Assembly (NCBI GenBank): GCA_004298325.1 | Contig: SCUF01000369.1 | Coordinates: forward strand, 1-59,519 | Direction of reading: 5' to 3' | DNA: 59,519 nucleotides | From: Betaproteobacteria bacterium | GTDB lineage: Bacteria > Pseudomonadota > Gammaproteobacteria > Burkholderiales > SG8-39 | Shown: one piece after another, positions 28,559 through 38,032 of the stretch | Position numbering within the stretch: position 1 is the stretch's first letter | How the letters are laid out: each line of letters begins with the position of its first letter | Notes under the pieces: generated by a model | Told to the model about the DNA's origin: nothing | The model's input: only the letters and a program-made list of their open reading frames with translations | The model's database searches: none | Position numbers and translations under genes: made by a program

Positions 28559-29782
28559 GTGAATATCTGGATACTTTCTCCGCACGAGTCGCCCCACGGC
28601 CATACGTCGCGGACATATGATTACTCGCAGGCGCTCCTCAAGCGCGGACACCAGGTCACGGTCTTTACCAGCAGTTACTCTCACCGGACGCACGAGGAGC
28701 TGCTTCGTCCGGGGGAGAAATGCCGCATTGAGAATGTCGATGGAGTGCGCGTCGTTTGGCTGAGAACCTTTCACTACACGGGCAATGGCTGGCAACGTGG
28801 GATCAACATGCTCTCCTTCGCCAAGCAGGCGTTGATGGCAGCCCGCACGCTGGATGAAAAGCCTTCGGTCGTAATGGGAGATTCGGTCCCCCCAATGGCA
28901 GGGTGGGCAGCGGCGAGGATTGCGGCGTCAAAAGGGTCTGCGTTCGTTTATCAGATCCGTGACGTATGGCCCATCGCGCTTGTATATGACGGCGGTCTGT
29001 CGCGGTGGAGTCCCGTCTACTTCGCCTTTCGAGCTATCGAGAAGTACCTGTACCGCAGGGCTGATCACGTGTGCGCGACGATGCCGTTCTTGCATGATCA
29101 CATCCGTTCGAGTGGCGGAAATCCGGACCGAGTTACATGCGTGCCCAATGGTGTGCGCCTGGAGTCATACGCTGACCCGCGCGGCTACGATGGAGGTATC
29201 GCACGCCCTCTCACCGTGATGTACGTAGGCGCCTTCGGGGTAGCCCACGACGTTATCACCATTGTCCGGGCCGCCAGGATACTGAAGGAGAATCGCCATT
29301 TGCGTTTTGTCATCGTCGGCGACGGAGTCAAGCGCACAGAATGCGAACACGAAGCGGCGGCGTCCGGCCTCACAAACGTGGAGTTTCGCGCGCCGGTGCC
29401 GAAGTCGGCCGTGCCTGCTCTTCAGGCAGATGCCGATGTGCTCATCGCGTGCGTCACTGACTCCCGTTCTTACCAGTTCGGCATCAATCTAAACAAGCTG
29501 TATGACTATTTCGCGTCTGGCCGGCCGGTAATCTTTTCCGGACGTGCCCCGAACGATCCAGTTGCCGCTTCCGGCGCCGGATTCAGCATTCCACCCGAGG
29601 ACCCGGTAGCCATGGCCGCGGCGCTGGAGAAGCTTGCGGCAATGCGTCCTGACGAGCGGGCAGCCCTGGGGCGCCGGGCGCGCGCTTATGCAGAAGCGCA
29701 CTTCGACGTTCGAAGGCTTGCCACTGTCTTGGAAGAGCTTCTAATGAGAGCGGTCGTCGACAGCAGATCCGTCCGCGGATGA
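28559..29782 (+). CDS. Glycosyltransferase family 4 (WbuB-like)
   Basis: Has NIWILSPHESPHGHTSRTYDYSQALLKRGHQVTVFTS at the N-terminus, and a GT-B C-terminal half. The GTG start at 28559 was chosen because the upstream track extension overlaps the previous gene. Confidence 0.8.
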   Translation: MNIWILSPHESPHGHTSRTYDYSQALLKRGHQVTVFTSSYSHRTHEELLRPGEKCRIENVDGVRVVWLRTFHYTGNGWQRGINMLSFAKQALMAARTLDEKPSVVMGDSVPPMAGWAAARIAASKGSAFVYQIRDVWPIALVYDGGLSRWSPVYFAFRAIEKYLYRRADHVCATMPFLHDHIRSSGGNPDRVTCVPNGVRLESYADPRGYDGGIARPLTVMYVGAFGVAHDVITIVRAARILKENRHLRFVIVGDGVKRTECEHEAAASGLTNVEFRAPVPKSAVPALQADADVLIACVTDSRSYQFGINLNKLYDYFASGRPVIFSGRAPNDPVAASGAGFSIPPEDPVAMAAALEKLAAMRPDERAALGRRARAYAEAHFDVRRLATVLEELLMRAVVDSRSVRG

Positions 29783-30312
29783 GAACCAGTTATGCGGTTT
29801 ATCAGCGTCCGGCTGGTTCTCCGCGCAGGGCAGCGCCCATTCCCGGCTTCCGCCTGTTTCGGTGGTCCCCTACCCTACTAGCGGCGGCCCCGGTCGAGCT
29901 CGTGCACGATCGAAACGGCTTTCGCAAGAATTGGCTGTACCATCTGCCCGCAATTCTTTTCAGACCAAGTAAGACATACGCGGTTTACATGCTGCTTCGC
30001 GACGAGATGCCCCTTTGCCAATGCATTCTGACGCCCGCTTCCAAGAGATTCGCGTTCATGCAGCCGGACGATTGGCAGATCGGGCTCGTGTATACCGCCC
30101 CCGAATACCGCGGACAGGGAATCGGAAGAATCATGGTGGAGGAGATACTGCGAGAACGTGGCGAAAGCGGTTCGTACTGGTGGCTGACGGAAGATGAAAA
30201 CGTCCCATCGCGACGGCTCGCGGAGAGCACTTTGTTCGTACACGTGGGGGAGGCCGTCAGAAGAAGGGGCCTGTCTGGGGTGCCTTACTTTGAGATCGGG
30301 AAAGTCGCCTGA
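29779..30312 (+). CDS. GNAT-family N-acetyltransferase
   Basis: Has motif A, YRGQGIGRIMVEEI. The start overlaps the upstream stop as ATGA. Confidence 0.7.
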   Translation: MRTSYAVYQRPAGSPRRAAPIPGFRLFRWSPTLLAAAPVELVHDRNGFRKNWLYHLPAILFRPSKTYAVYMLLRDEMPLCQCILTPASKRFAFMQPDDWQIGLVYTAPEYRGQGIGRIMVEEILRERGESGSYWWLTEDENVPSRRLAESTLFVHVGEAVRRRGLSGVPYFEIGKVA

Positions 30313-30461
30313 TTACTTGGCGAGTCAGGAGTGGTCGATTCCGATCACGTCGTCTAGAATGAGTCATCTACTGCCATTTCAGCTCCGCGGGGTTCGACGA
30401 TTCCGCTGAGTTGCGTTCTCATTGGGCATTCTTCAGCTGTCCGCTTACCAAACTAGAGCAA

Positions 30462-31574
30462 ATGACCACAAGATCCATACCGTTCTTCCCTTACTCGCAA
30501 CTGTTCACTGCACGCGAATCCGATCTCATGGAAGTCATGCGCGATGTCTGTCGTCGCGGCGCATACATCCTGCAGAAGGACTGCAAGGAGTTCGAGGCGA
30601 CGCTGGCGGCGTTCATGGGTGTCAAGCACGCGTTCGGCGTTGCCAACGGCACCGACGCCATCATCATCGGCCTGAAGGCGGTCGGCATCGGGCCCGGTGA
30701 TGAAGTGATCCTGCCCTCGCACACCTACATTGCCACGGCCGCGGCCGTGCACATGGTGGGCGCAACGCCGGTGCTCGCGGAGCCCGGTCCGGACCACATG
30801 CTCGACGCCGCCGACGTCGAGAGGCGCATCACGCCGAAGACCCGGGCCATCATGCCGGTCCAGCTCAACGGCCGGACCTGCGACATGGATGCGCTCGGAG
30901 CGGTCGCTGCCAGGCACAAGCTTGTGATCGTCGAGGACGCGGCGCAGGGCCTCGGGTCGAAGTTCAAGGGCCGCAGCGCCGGGACCATCGGACGCTTCGG
31001 CACGATCAGTTTCTACCCAGCCAAGCTGCTCGGTTGCTTCGGCGACGGCGGCGCCGTCGTGACGAACGATGACGCGGTCGCGGAACGGATCAGCCTGCTG
31101 AAAGACCATGGGCGCAACGCCGACGGCCGCGTCGTCGCTTGGGGCTACAACTCGCGGCTCGACAATCTTCAGGCAGCGATCCTGAATTACAAGATGAAGA
31201 CTTTTCCGGCGGACATCGAGCATCGCCGGCGGGTCGCGGCGCTGTATCAGGCGGGGCTCGGCGACCTGGAGGAGCTGACGCTGCCTCCCGGACCCGAAGC
31301 TGATCCGCGCCATTTCGACGTCTACCAGAACTACGAATTGGAGGCCGACCGGCGCGACGATTTGCGCGCGCACCTAGAGAGCCGCGGCATCCGCACGATC
31401 ATCCAGTGGGCCGGGACGCCGGTGCATCAGTTCCGCGAACTGGGCTTCGCTGTCAGCCTGCCGCGCACGGACGCCTTCTTCAAGCGCTGCTTCATGCTGC
31501 CCATGAACGTGGCGCTGTCCGACGACGATGTCGCGTACATCGTTGCGGCGATCCGCAGTTTCTACGGAAAGTGA
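30462..31574 (+). CDS. DegT/DnrJ/EryC1/StrS-family PLP aminotransferase
   Basis: Has VANGTDAIIIGLKAVGIGPGDEVILP and the ISFYPAKLLGCFGDGGAVVTND region. The start is the ATG at 30462 (MTTRSIPFF). Confidence 0.85.
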   Translation: MTTRSIPFFPYSQLFTARESDLMEVMRDVCRRGAYILQKDCKEFEATLAAFMGVKHAFGVANGTDAIIIGLKAVGIGPGDEVILPSHTYIATAAAVHMVGATPVLAEPGPDHMLDAADVERRITPKTRAIMPVQLNGRTCDMDALGAVAARHKLVIVEDAAQGLGSKFKGRSAGTIGRFGTISFYPAKLLGCFGDGGAVVTNDDAVAERISLLKDHGRNADGRVVAWGYNSRLDNLQAAILNYKMKTFPADIEHRRRVAALYQAGLGDLEELTLPPGPEADPRHFDVYQNYELEADRRDDLRAHLESRGIRTIIQWAGTPVHQFRELGFAVSLPRTDAFFKRCFMLPMNVALSDDDVAYIVAAIRSFYGK

Positions 31575-32632
31575 CGGCGTCGGGCGCCGCACTCGGCCCG
31601 CTCGCGGATCCCGCCTACGGGCACGGGCCGCTGTCGCTCGGCGACACTCCGCCGGAGCGGCTGCGCGGGCAGCTGCACACGATGCTGCGCATCCGGATGG
31701 CCGAGCAGCATCTCGCGCTGATGCGCCGCGACGGACTGATCGGCGGGCCGGTGCACCTCGGCGCCGGGCAGGAAGCCGTCGCCGTGGGCGTCTCGCAATG
31801 GCTGCGCGGCACGGACCGCGTCTTCGGCGGTCATCGTTCCCACTCGCACCTGATTGCGCTGGGCGGCAGCCTGCACGGGCTGTTCGCCGAGGTGCTCGGC
31901 AAGGACACGGGCCTGTCCCGCGGCATGGGCGGCTCGATGCACCTTTGGGATCAGCCGCGCGGATTCTACGGGTCGGTTCCGATCGTGGCGGGCACGGTGC
32001 CGCTGGCGGTCGGTGCGGCGCTCGCAGCACGAATGCAGTCCACTGGCGACGTGGCGGTCGCGTACTTCGGCGACGGCGCGGTGGAAGAGGGCGTCGTCCA
32101 GGAGTCGCTAAATCTTGCGCGCATGCTGAAGGCGCCCGTGCTCTTCGTAGTGGAGAACAACCTGTTCTCCAGCCACATGCACATCTCCCTGCGACAGCCC
32201 TCCAACGCGACGGTGCGCTTCGCGCAGGCGCACGATATCCGCGCCGAACTCGTCGACGGCAACGACGTGGTTGCCGTGCAGGGGGCGGCGGAACGGCTCG
32301 TCGGCCATGCACGGAGGGGCGAGGGGCCTGGGTTCCTCGAGGCTGTGACCTACCGCTGGTACGGACATGTGGACTGGCGCGATGACGTCGACGTCGGCGT
32401 GAACCGTTCGATCGCAGATCTCGAGAACTGGCGCGCGCGCGACCCGATCGGCCGTCTTGCGGCCGCCTTGAAGGCTGCGGGCGAGTGGAGCGACGGGCGG
32501 CACGAAGCCGCGACGATGGAGATCCGCGGCGAGATCGATCAGGCCTGGCAGCAGGCCGTGGCGGATCCCTATCCGGCGCCTGAGGCGCTGCTCGATCGCG
32601 TCTACGCGGCCAGGCGCGCGGCGCGCCCATGA
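31571..32632 (+). CDS. Thiamine-diphosphate-dependent 2-oxoacid dehydrogenase E1 component, alpha subunit-like
   Basis: Has the TPP motif GDGAVEEG..(24)..VENN. The GTG at 31571 overlaps the upstream TGA (GTGA). The track ORF start at 31406 lies inside the aminotransferase gene. Confidence 0.8.
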   Translation: MTASGAALGPLADPAYGHGPLSLGDTPPERLRGQLHTMLRIRMAEQHLALMRRDGLIGGPVHLGAGQEAVAVGVSQWLRGTDRVFGGHRSHSHLIALGGSLHGLFAEVLGKDTGLSRGMGGSMHLWDQPRGFYGSVPIVAGTVPLAVGAALAARMQSTGDVAVAYFGDGAVEEGVVQESLNLARMLKAPVLFVVENNLFSSHMHISLRQPSNATVRFAQAHDIRAELVDGNDVVAVQGAAERLVGHARRGEGPGFLEAVTYRWYGHVDWRDDVDVGVNRSIADLENWRARDPIGRLAAALKAAGEWSDGRHEAATMEIRGEIDQAWQQAVADPYPAPEALLDRVYAARRAARP

Positions 32633-33618
32633 GTTCTGCAACGAATTACAACTACGGTACCGCAATCCTGGCGGCGTTCGAATACCTGCTCGGCCGCTAC
32701 CCGGAAGTGTTCGTCATCGGGCAGGGCCTCTGGAGCCCGTGGTACGTCGGGAATTCGATGACGGCGCTCGACCGGAAGTTCGGGGTCGAGCGGATCATCG
32801 ACACGCCGGTTTCGGAGGCGGCCTGCACGGGCGCCGCGGTCGGAGCCGCGCTCGCCGGCATGCGCCCGATCGTCGTGCATCCACGAATCGACTTCATGCT
32901 CTACGCGATGGACGCGGTGGTGAACCAGGCGGCGAAGTGGTCACACATGGTCGGGGGGCAGGCGCATCCGGGACTGACCGTGCGCGCGATCATCAATCGC
33001 GGCGGCGAGCAGGGCGCGCAGCATTCGCAGGCGCTGCATGCTTGGTTCGCGCACGTGCCGGGACTGCGCGTCGTCATGCCCGCCACCGTTGCCGACGCGC
33101 GCGACCTGCTGATCGCGTCGGTGCTCAGTCCCGACCCGGTCGTCTATATCGACGATCGCTGGCTCTACGACCAGACCGACGACCTGCCGCCGATCGTGGA
33201 GCTCGATCTGGCCGATGTGCGACCCAAGGTGCTGCGGGAAGGGGACGACCTCACGCTGGCGAGCGCCGGACACTCGACGCGGATCGCCCTCGACGCGGCC
33301 ATCCGCCTCGCCGAGCAGGACGTGCGCGCCGAGGTGGTCGACCTGCGCGTCCTGAACCCGATGAATCTGGACGTCGTCATCGAGTCCGTGCGCCGCACGG
33401 GCCGGCTGCTTGCCGTCGACGGCGGATGGCGGACCTGCGGACTCGCAGGCGAGGTTATCGCGCGCGTCAGCGAGGCGATCGCGCCGCGCGAATGGCGGGC
33501 CGCGCCGAAGCGCTTGACGCTTCCCGATGCGCCGGCGCCGACCTCGCGGGTGCTCGAGAGCATCTACTATCCAGGCGTCCCGCAGGCCGTCGCGATCGCC
33601 TGCGAACTCGTTTCCTGA
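32629..33618 (+). CDS. 2-oxoacid dehydrogenase E1 component, beta subunit-like (transketolase-like Pyr and C-terminal domains)
   Basis: Has DTPVSEAACTGAAVGAALAGMRPIV and DLRVLNPMNLD. It overlaps the alpha-subunit gene by 4 nt. Confidence 0.85.
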   Translation: MSSATNYNYGTAILAAFEYLLGRYPEVFVIGQGLWSPWYVGNSMTALDRKFGVERIIDTPVSEAACTGAAVGAALAGMRPIVVHPRIDFMLYAMDAVVNQAAKWSHMVGGQAHPGLTVRAIINRGGEQGAQHSQALHAWFAHVPGLRVVMPATVADARDLLIASVLSPDPVVYIDDRWLYDQTDDLPPIVELDLADVRPKVLREGDDLTLASAGHSTRIALDAAIRLAEQDVRAEVVDLRVLNPMNLDVVIESVRRTGRLLAVDGGWRTCGLAGEVIARVSEAIAPREWRAAPKRLTLPDAPAPTSRVLESIYYPGVPQAVAIACELVS

Positions 33619-33625
33619 CCGGGCC

Positions 33626-34369
33626 GTGAAGCGGTTGATCGACGTTCTGCTGTCGGCGGTGGGGCTGCTGGCGTCGAGCCCGGTGCTAGTGCCGGTGATG
33701 CTGCTCGTCTGGTGGCGGGACCGGCATTCGCCCTTCTACGTCGCGCCGCGGGTCGGTCGCCAGGGCGCCCCCTTCCTCATGGTCAAGCTGCGCTCGATGG
33801 TCGTGAACGCGGACCGCACGGGCGTCGATTCGACGGGCGCGAACGACGCGCGCATTACGCCCGTCGGTCACTTCATCCGCCGCTACAAGCTGGACGAACT
33901 GACGCAGCTCTGGAACGTGCTCCGCGGCGACATGAGCCTGGTGGGGCCGCGGCCGAACGTGAAGCGCGAGACCGACCTCTACACGCCGATCGAGCGGCGG
34001 CTTCTCGAGGTGCGGCCCGGCGTCACGGACTTCTCGTCGATCGTCTTCTCCGACGAAGGCGACATCCTCAAGGACCAAGTCGATCCGGACATCGCGTACA
34101 ACCAGCTGATCCGCCCGGGCAAGAGCCTGCTGGGGCTGTTCTACCTCGAGCACCGGTCGCTTGGGCTCGATCTGCAGCTGATCGCGCTCACCGCAGTGGC
34201 GATCGTATCGCGGCGCAGGGCCTTGAGGGGCGTGCAGCGAATTCTGGCGCAGCTCGGAGCGGAGCGCAGGTTGCTGGAGATCGCGGAGCGGGCGAAGCCC
34301 CTCGAGCCGATGCCGCCTCCGGGCGCGACGAAGCTGGTGACTTCGCGCGACGGAAACCCGTTCGCGTAG
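33626..34369 (+). CDS. Small monotopic phosphoglycosyl transferase (bacterial sugar transferase, PglC/WbaP-C-terminal type)
   Basis: Has one N-terminal hydrophobic helix, then PFLMVKLRSM and DELTQLWNVLRGDMSLVGPRP. The start is the GTG at 33626. Confidence 0.85.
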   Translation: MKRLIDVLLSAVGLLASSPVLVPVMLLVWWRDRHSPFYVAPRVGRQGAPFLMVKLRSMVVNADRTGVDSTGANDARITPVGHFIRRYKLDELTQLWNVLRGDMSLVGPRPNVKRETDLYTPIERRLLEVRPGVTDFSSIVFSDEGDILKDQVDPDIAYNQLIRPGKSLLGLFYLEHRSLGLDLQLIALTAVAIVSRRRALRGVQRILAQLGAERRLLEIAERAKPLEPMPPPGATKLVTSRDGNPFA

Positions 34370-34391
34370 GCGCTGCCGCGCCCGCTCCCGG

Positions 34392-35561
34392 TCAGGTCCG
34401 GAAGCGGAACAGCCGGCGAATGCGTTGCACCTTCGGCGCGGCGCCCGGAACCTGGGCCGCGTTGACGAAGGCCTGACGCGCCAGCACCCACAGGAAAACG
34501 AGGAACGCACCGATCAGGGTCGTCAGCACGGCAATCTGCGCGCGCCTGGGCTTGGAGCGCTGCTCCGGCGTTTGCGCCGGGTCCACTACCTGGATCACTG
34601 TTCCTTCCCTTGCTTCGTCCAAGCGTGCCAGTTCGTACTGCTTTGCCATCAAGTCAAAGAGCGTTTCGTAATACTTGAAATCGCGGTACTTTGAGATGTA
34701 CTCGGCGCCTCCACCGGCGTCTTTGTTCGCAGTCGTTTGCTCCGCCTTGACCAGTTCTGATCTCAGTGCAGCGAGTTCACTAGCTGCACGCCGAAGCTCC
34801 GGATTGGCATCCGTCATATATACGCGCATCGAGTTCAGCTTCACTTCTTGCGCGGTGATCTGCGCCTTCAGGCGGGCAAGGGCCTCGAGTGCCGTCTGCG
34901 GAACTGTCTTCAGCGCCGCCTCGCTCACGCCGCTGCCGCGCAGCGCGATCTCAGCTCTCGCAAGGTTGTCCTTGGCTAGTTTCAACTGTTCGTCGAAGAA
35001 TAGCCGCCGCTGCGCCGCCTCAGTCACGGCGAGCGAATTGGTCAGGTCGCGCAACCCCGCAACGAGCGCGTTCGCCAGCTCTGCCGAGCGCACCGGGTCT
35101 TGATCGTCGACTTCAATGGAGATGATGCCGTCCTTGGCGCCCACTGAGATGCGCACGTTGCGCTCCAACTTGGTCCGCGTTTCGGCGAGGAGGGGCGACT
35201 TGTAAAGCTCGCGGAGCTTGAAGCGCTCGATGATGGGATCGAGCACGGCCCTGGACTTCATCAGCGCGACGTACTGATCCGCGGGACTCTTCGCTCCATA
35301 CGAACCGCCGACGAACCCTGCCAGCGCGCCGAGTTGGGTAGCGAGCGCCGCGGCGCCGCTTTGCTGCTGCTGTGGCGACAGAATGCGAGTCGAAGCTGTG
35401 TAGGTTGGCTGGATCAGATAACTGACGCCGAGCGCCACAAATCCCGCCGCCAGTGGAAGCATCACGAGCAGCTTCCAGTTCTCCGCGACGAGAACCGCGA
35501 CGTCGAGCAGGCTGATGCTCTCGTCGCCGGCCCCGGATTGTGCGTTCTCCACTGGATTCAT
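34392..35561 (-). CDS. Polysaccharide co-polymerase (Wzz/PCP family) without a kinase domain
   Basis: Has N- and C-terminal TM helices flanking a coiled-coil-rich periplasmic region. The segment LLDVAVLVAENWKLL..PTYTAS is Wzz-like. No Walker motifs are present. Confidence 0.75.
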   Translation of the reverse strand: MNPVENAQSGAGDESISLLDVAVLVAENWKLLVMLPLAAGFVALGVSYLIQPTYTASTRILSPQQQQSGAAALATQLGALAGFVGGSYGAKSPADQYVALMKSRAVLDPIIERFKLRELYKSPLLAETRTKLERNVRISVGAKDGIISIEVDDQDPVRSAELANALVAGLRDLTNSLAVTEAAQRRLFFDEQLKLAKDNLARAEIALRGSGVSEAALKTVPQTALEALARLKAQITAQEVKLNSMRVYMTDANPELRRAASELAALRSELVKAEQTTANKDAGGGAEYISKYRDFKYYETLFDLMAKQYELARLDEAREGTVIQVVDPAQTPEQRSKPRRAQIAVLTTLIGAFLVFLWVLARQAFVNAAQVPGAAPKVQRIRRLFRFRT

Positions 35562-35571
35562 GCGGCGCGCC

Positions 35572-37947
35572 TCATTTCAGCACCTGGATCGCGGCAGCCC
35601 CCAGTCCGAATTGATAGAAGATCTGGCTCCAGTCCTTGAGCGTCCGAACCCATGTCGTGCGCTCGAAGTCCTCGGGCACCACGATCGCGTCGCCGGGCAT
35701 GGGTTTCAGCGAACCGAGGGAACCCAGGAAAAGCCCTGATTGACGCCTACTAACCACGGAGCCGTCTGCCCGGATGACGAAAGTGGATCGCTCGTCCGCT
35801 TCGCGTCTCGGGCCGCCGGCCTGCGCGAGGTAATCGTCCACGCTCTTGGTCGGGCGGTAGACGAAGCTAGATTCGTTGTACACCGAGCCGAACACGCTCA
35901 CCATCGAGGGCGTCGACGGGACCAGCACGCGGTCGCCGTCCTCAAGTGAAATGTCGGGGAGGTCGGCGAGCCTCGCCTGTTCGGGAAGCTCGAGCACGAT
36001 GCGGCCCGTAGGTTTTAGAGCGCGCATGCGGGAGACGAGGGCTTTCTGCGCCTCCTGTTCCGACTTGAGCGCCGTGGCGTCTTCGGGGGTAAGCGCGCTC
36101 TGGGCCCGGCGGACGGAGGCCTGCTGCATCTCGCGCTCGACCTGATCGAGCGCGCGCGCGAGGCGATCTTCCTGCTGCTTGCGTGTCGATTCACGCGTCA
36201 GTTCGGTGCCGAAGACGTAGGCCTGGGGCGTCACGCCGCCGGCGCGCGCGATGAGCTGGCGCAGCGTCTCGCCGGGTTTCGCCTGGTAGACGCCCGAATG
36301 GTTGAACTCGCCGTCGAGGTGCACCACCACCGAGCGCCGCCCGACCGGGGCGCCGACGTCGCGCTTGGAGAATACCGTGACCACGTCGCCGGGCTTGAGC
36401 ACGAGGTTCTGCGCCGGGTCGTTCTCGAGCACCGCTTTTCCGAGGTTGAACGGGATCAGCGTGGTCGAGAGGTCCGTCTCGTTCATTCGCTCGATGACGG
36501 CGTAATCCCAGTTGATCTCTTCGGCGAGGTTGCGGATGTCGTCGAGCAGCCGACGCTCGGTGATGGCTTCCCGCTGCGGGACCCCAGTCGTATCGCGCGC
36601 GAGCGGGTCGCGTTGCGTAATACCATTAGCCAACTCCCGCTCAGCGCCGACTGTATCGCGGCGCGTGCGCTCTCTCGATTCCAGCTGCACGGTGAGGTTC
36701 TTGCGCAGGTAGTAATCGCGCGTGATGAGCGCTTCCTTGTCCGGGATCAGGTCGCGGATCTTCATGCCCTCGCGATAGGGATAGCGCAGCGCCTGCGCCA
36801 CGTTGCCGCGCAAGGTGACGGCGTTCTCGAACTTGGGCGAGATGGCGAGCACGGTGATCAGGTCGCCGTCCTTCGCCGCGCGTGCCAGCGATTGCGCATC
36901 GAGCGAGAGCTGGTCGACGACGCGCTTGTCGCGGTTTTCGATCCGTTCGAGCGTGGCGCGGCGCGTCTGCGCGATGGTCGAGAGGCCCCCGGCCAGATCG
37001 ATCAGCTGCGACAGGCTCGTGCTGCCCTTCAGTTCGAACACGGCGGCATTGCGCACGCTGCCGCCCACGGCGGCCTGCGGCCCCACGGGCGGGATATAGA
37101 TCACGTCGCCCGGCAGGAGCGCGGCGTCCTTCGACTTGTCCCCCGCGAGGAGCAGGTCGTAGAGATCCATCTCGGTCACGACCCTGGTGCCGCGCTTGAG
37201 CTGAATGCCGCGCATCGAGCCGTGCGGCGACGGCCCGCCCGCGGAAAAAAGCGCGTTGACGAGCGTGGAGAGCGAACTCACGGTGTAGGCGCCGGGCCGC
37301 TGGGCGTGGCCGACGACGAAGATGCGGATCGAGCGCAGCTGTCCGAGCGTCACCACCAACTCGAAATTGCGGAACACGCGGCCGATCGCGGTGCGGATCA
37401 CGCCGGAGAGGTCCTGGTAGCGGATGCCGGCGACGTTGATCGCGCCTACCTGCGGGATGCTGATGAGGCCGCTGCGATCCACCGTGGCGCGGTAGTCGAT
37501 GTCCACCTGGCCCCAGGCGCGCACCAGCAGCTCGTCCCCCGACCCGATCACGTAGTCCGCGGTGACGGGGATGTTCTCCACCGGAGCAAAAGCTGCTGGT
37601 CCGTCGCGGAACAGGTCCTGGCCGAAGATCGGCAGCATACGACCGAGCGAGGTGGCGACGAGTTTCTGGAATTCGTTCGGCTCGGGCGCCGGGAGGGGCT
37701 GTGGCGCGGACGCGGCTGCCGGAGCCTCGCCCGGGCGCGGCGGTTGCAGCGGCGCGCGGCCCTGGGGCGTCGCTGATGGGCCGGTACTCGATCCCGAGAT
37801 CGCTGGCGTGGTCTGCGTTCCCGCACCGATCGCCTGCTGGCGCAGCTGCTCGAGGCGCGGGTCCTGGGCGTTAACGGCGGCGGGTAGCGCGAGGGCGGGG
37901 AACGCGACGGCGAGCAGAATGCGGCGGAGCAGGACGTGCATGGGCAT
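35572..37947 (-). CDS. Outer-membrane polysaccharide export (OPX) protein with multiple SLBB-like repeats
   Basis: Has a signal-peptide-like MPMHVLLRRILLAVAFPALALPAAVNA. The Poly_export-like segment YVIGSGDELLVRAWG is followed by repeated G.V..PG.Y modules. The start is the ATG at 37947 or 37941. Confidence 0.8.
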   Translation of the reverse strand: MPMHVLLRRILLAVAFPALALPAAVNAQDPRLEQLRQQAIGAGTQTTPAISGSSTGPSATPQGRAPLQPPRPGEAPAAASAPQPLPAPEPNEFQKLVATSLGRMLPIFGQDLFRDGPAAFAPVENIPVTADYVIGSGDELLVRAWGQVDIDYRATVDRSGLISIPQVGAINVAGIRYQDLSGVIRTAIGRVFRNFELVVTLGQLRSIRIFVVGHAQRPGAYTVSSLSTLVNALFSAGGPSPHGSMRGIQLKRGTRVVTEMDLYDLLLAGDKSKDAALLPGDVIYIPPVGPQAAVGGSVRNAAVFELKGSTSLSQLIDLAGGLSTIAQTRRATLERIENRDKRVVDQLSLDAQSLARAAKDGDLITVLAISPKFENAVTLRGNVAQALRYPYREGMKIRDLIPDKEALITRDYYLRKNLTVQLESRERTRRDTVGAERELANGITQRDPLARDTTGVPQREAITERRLLDDIRNLAEEINWDYAVIERMNETDLSTTLIPFNLGKAVLENDPAQNLVLKPGDVVTVFSKRDVGAPVGRRSVVVHLDGEFNHSGVYQAKPGETLRQLIARAGGVTPQAYVFGTELTRESTRKQQEDRLARALDQVEREMQQASVRRAQSALTPEDATALKSEQEAQKALVSRMRALKPTGRIVLELPEQARLADLPDISLEDGDRVLVPSTPSMVSVFGSVYNESSFVYRPTKSVDDYLAQAGGPRREADERSTFVIRADGSVVSRRQSGLFLGSLGSLKPMPGDAIVVPEDFERTTWVRTLKDWSQIFYQFGLGAAAIQVLK

Positions 37948-38032
37948 GCGGACCGGGCGGCGGATTGAGGGACGAATTCTAGCGCGGGGGGAACGGGCCG
38001 GGGTCAGGATTCGGCGCGCCGGCGATTGGGCT

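Noticed and set aside
31374-32630. 418-aa minus-strand ORF, extremely Arg/Pro/Ala-rich
   Set aside because: It is antisense to the E1-alpha gene, which carries an intact TPP motif. Its composition is characteristic of a GC-rich shadow frame.
38000-38012. GGGGTCAGGATTC, resembling one arm of the variant palindromic element
   Set aside because: It is a solo copy with three mismatches and no inverted partner, so I cannot distinguish it from chance.
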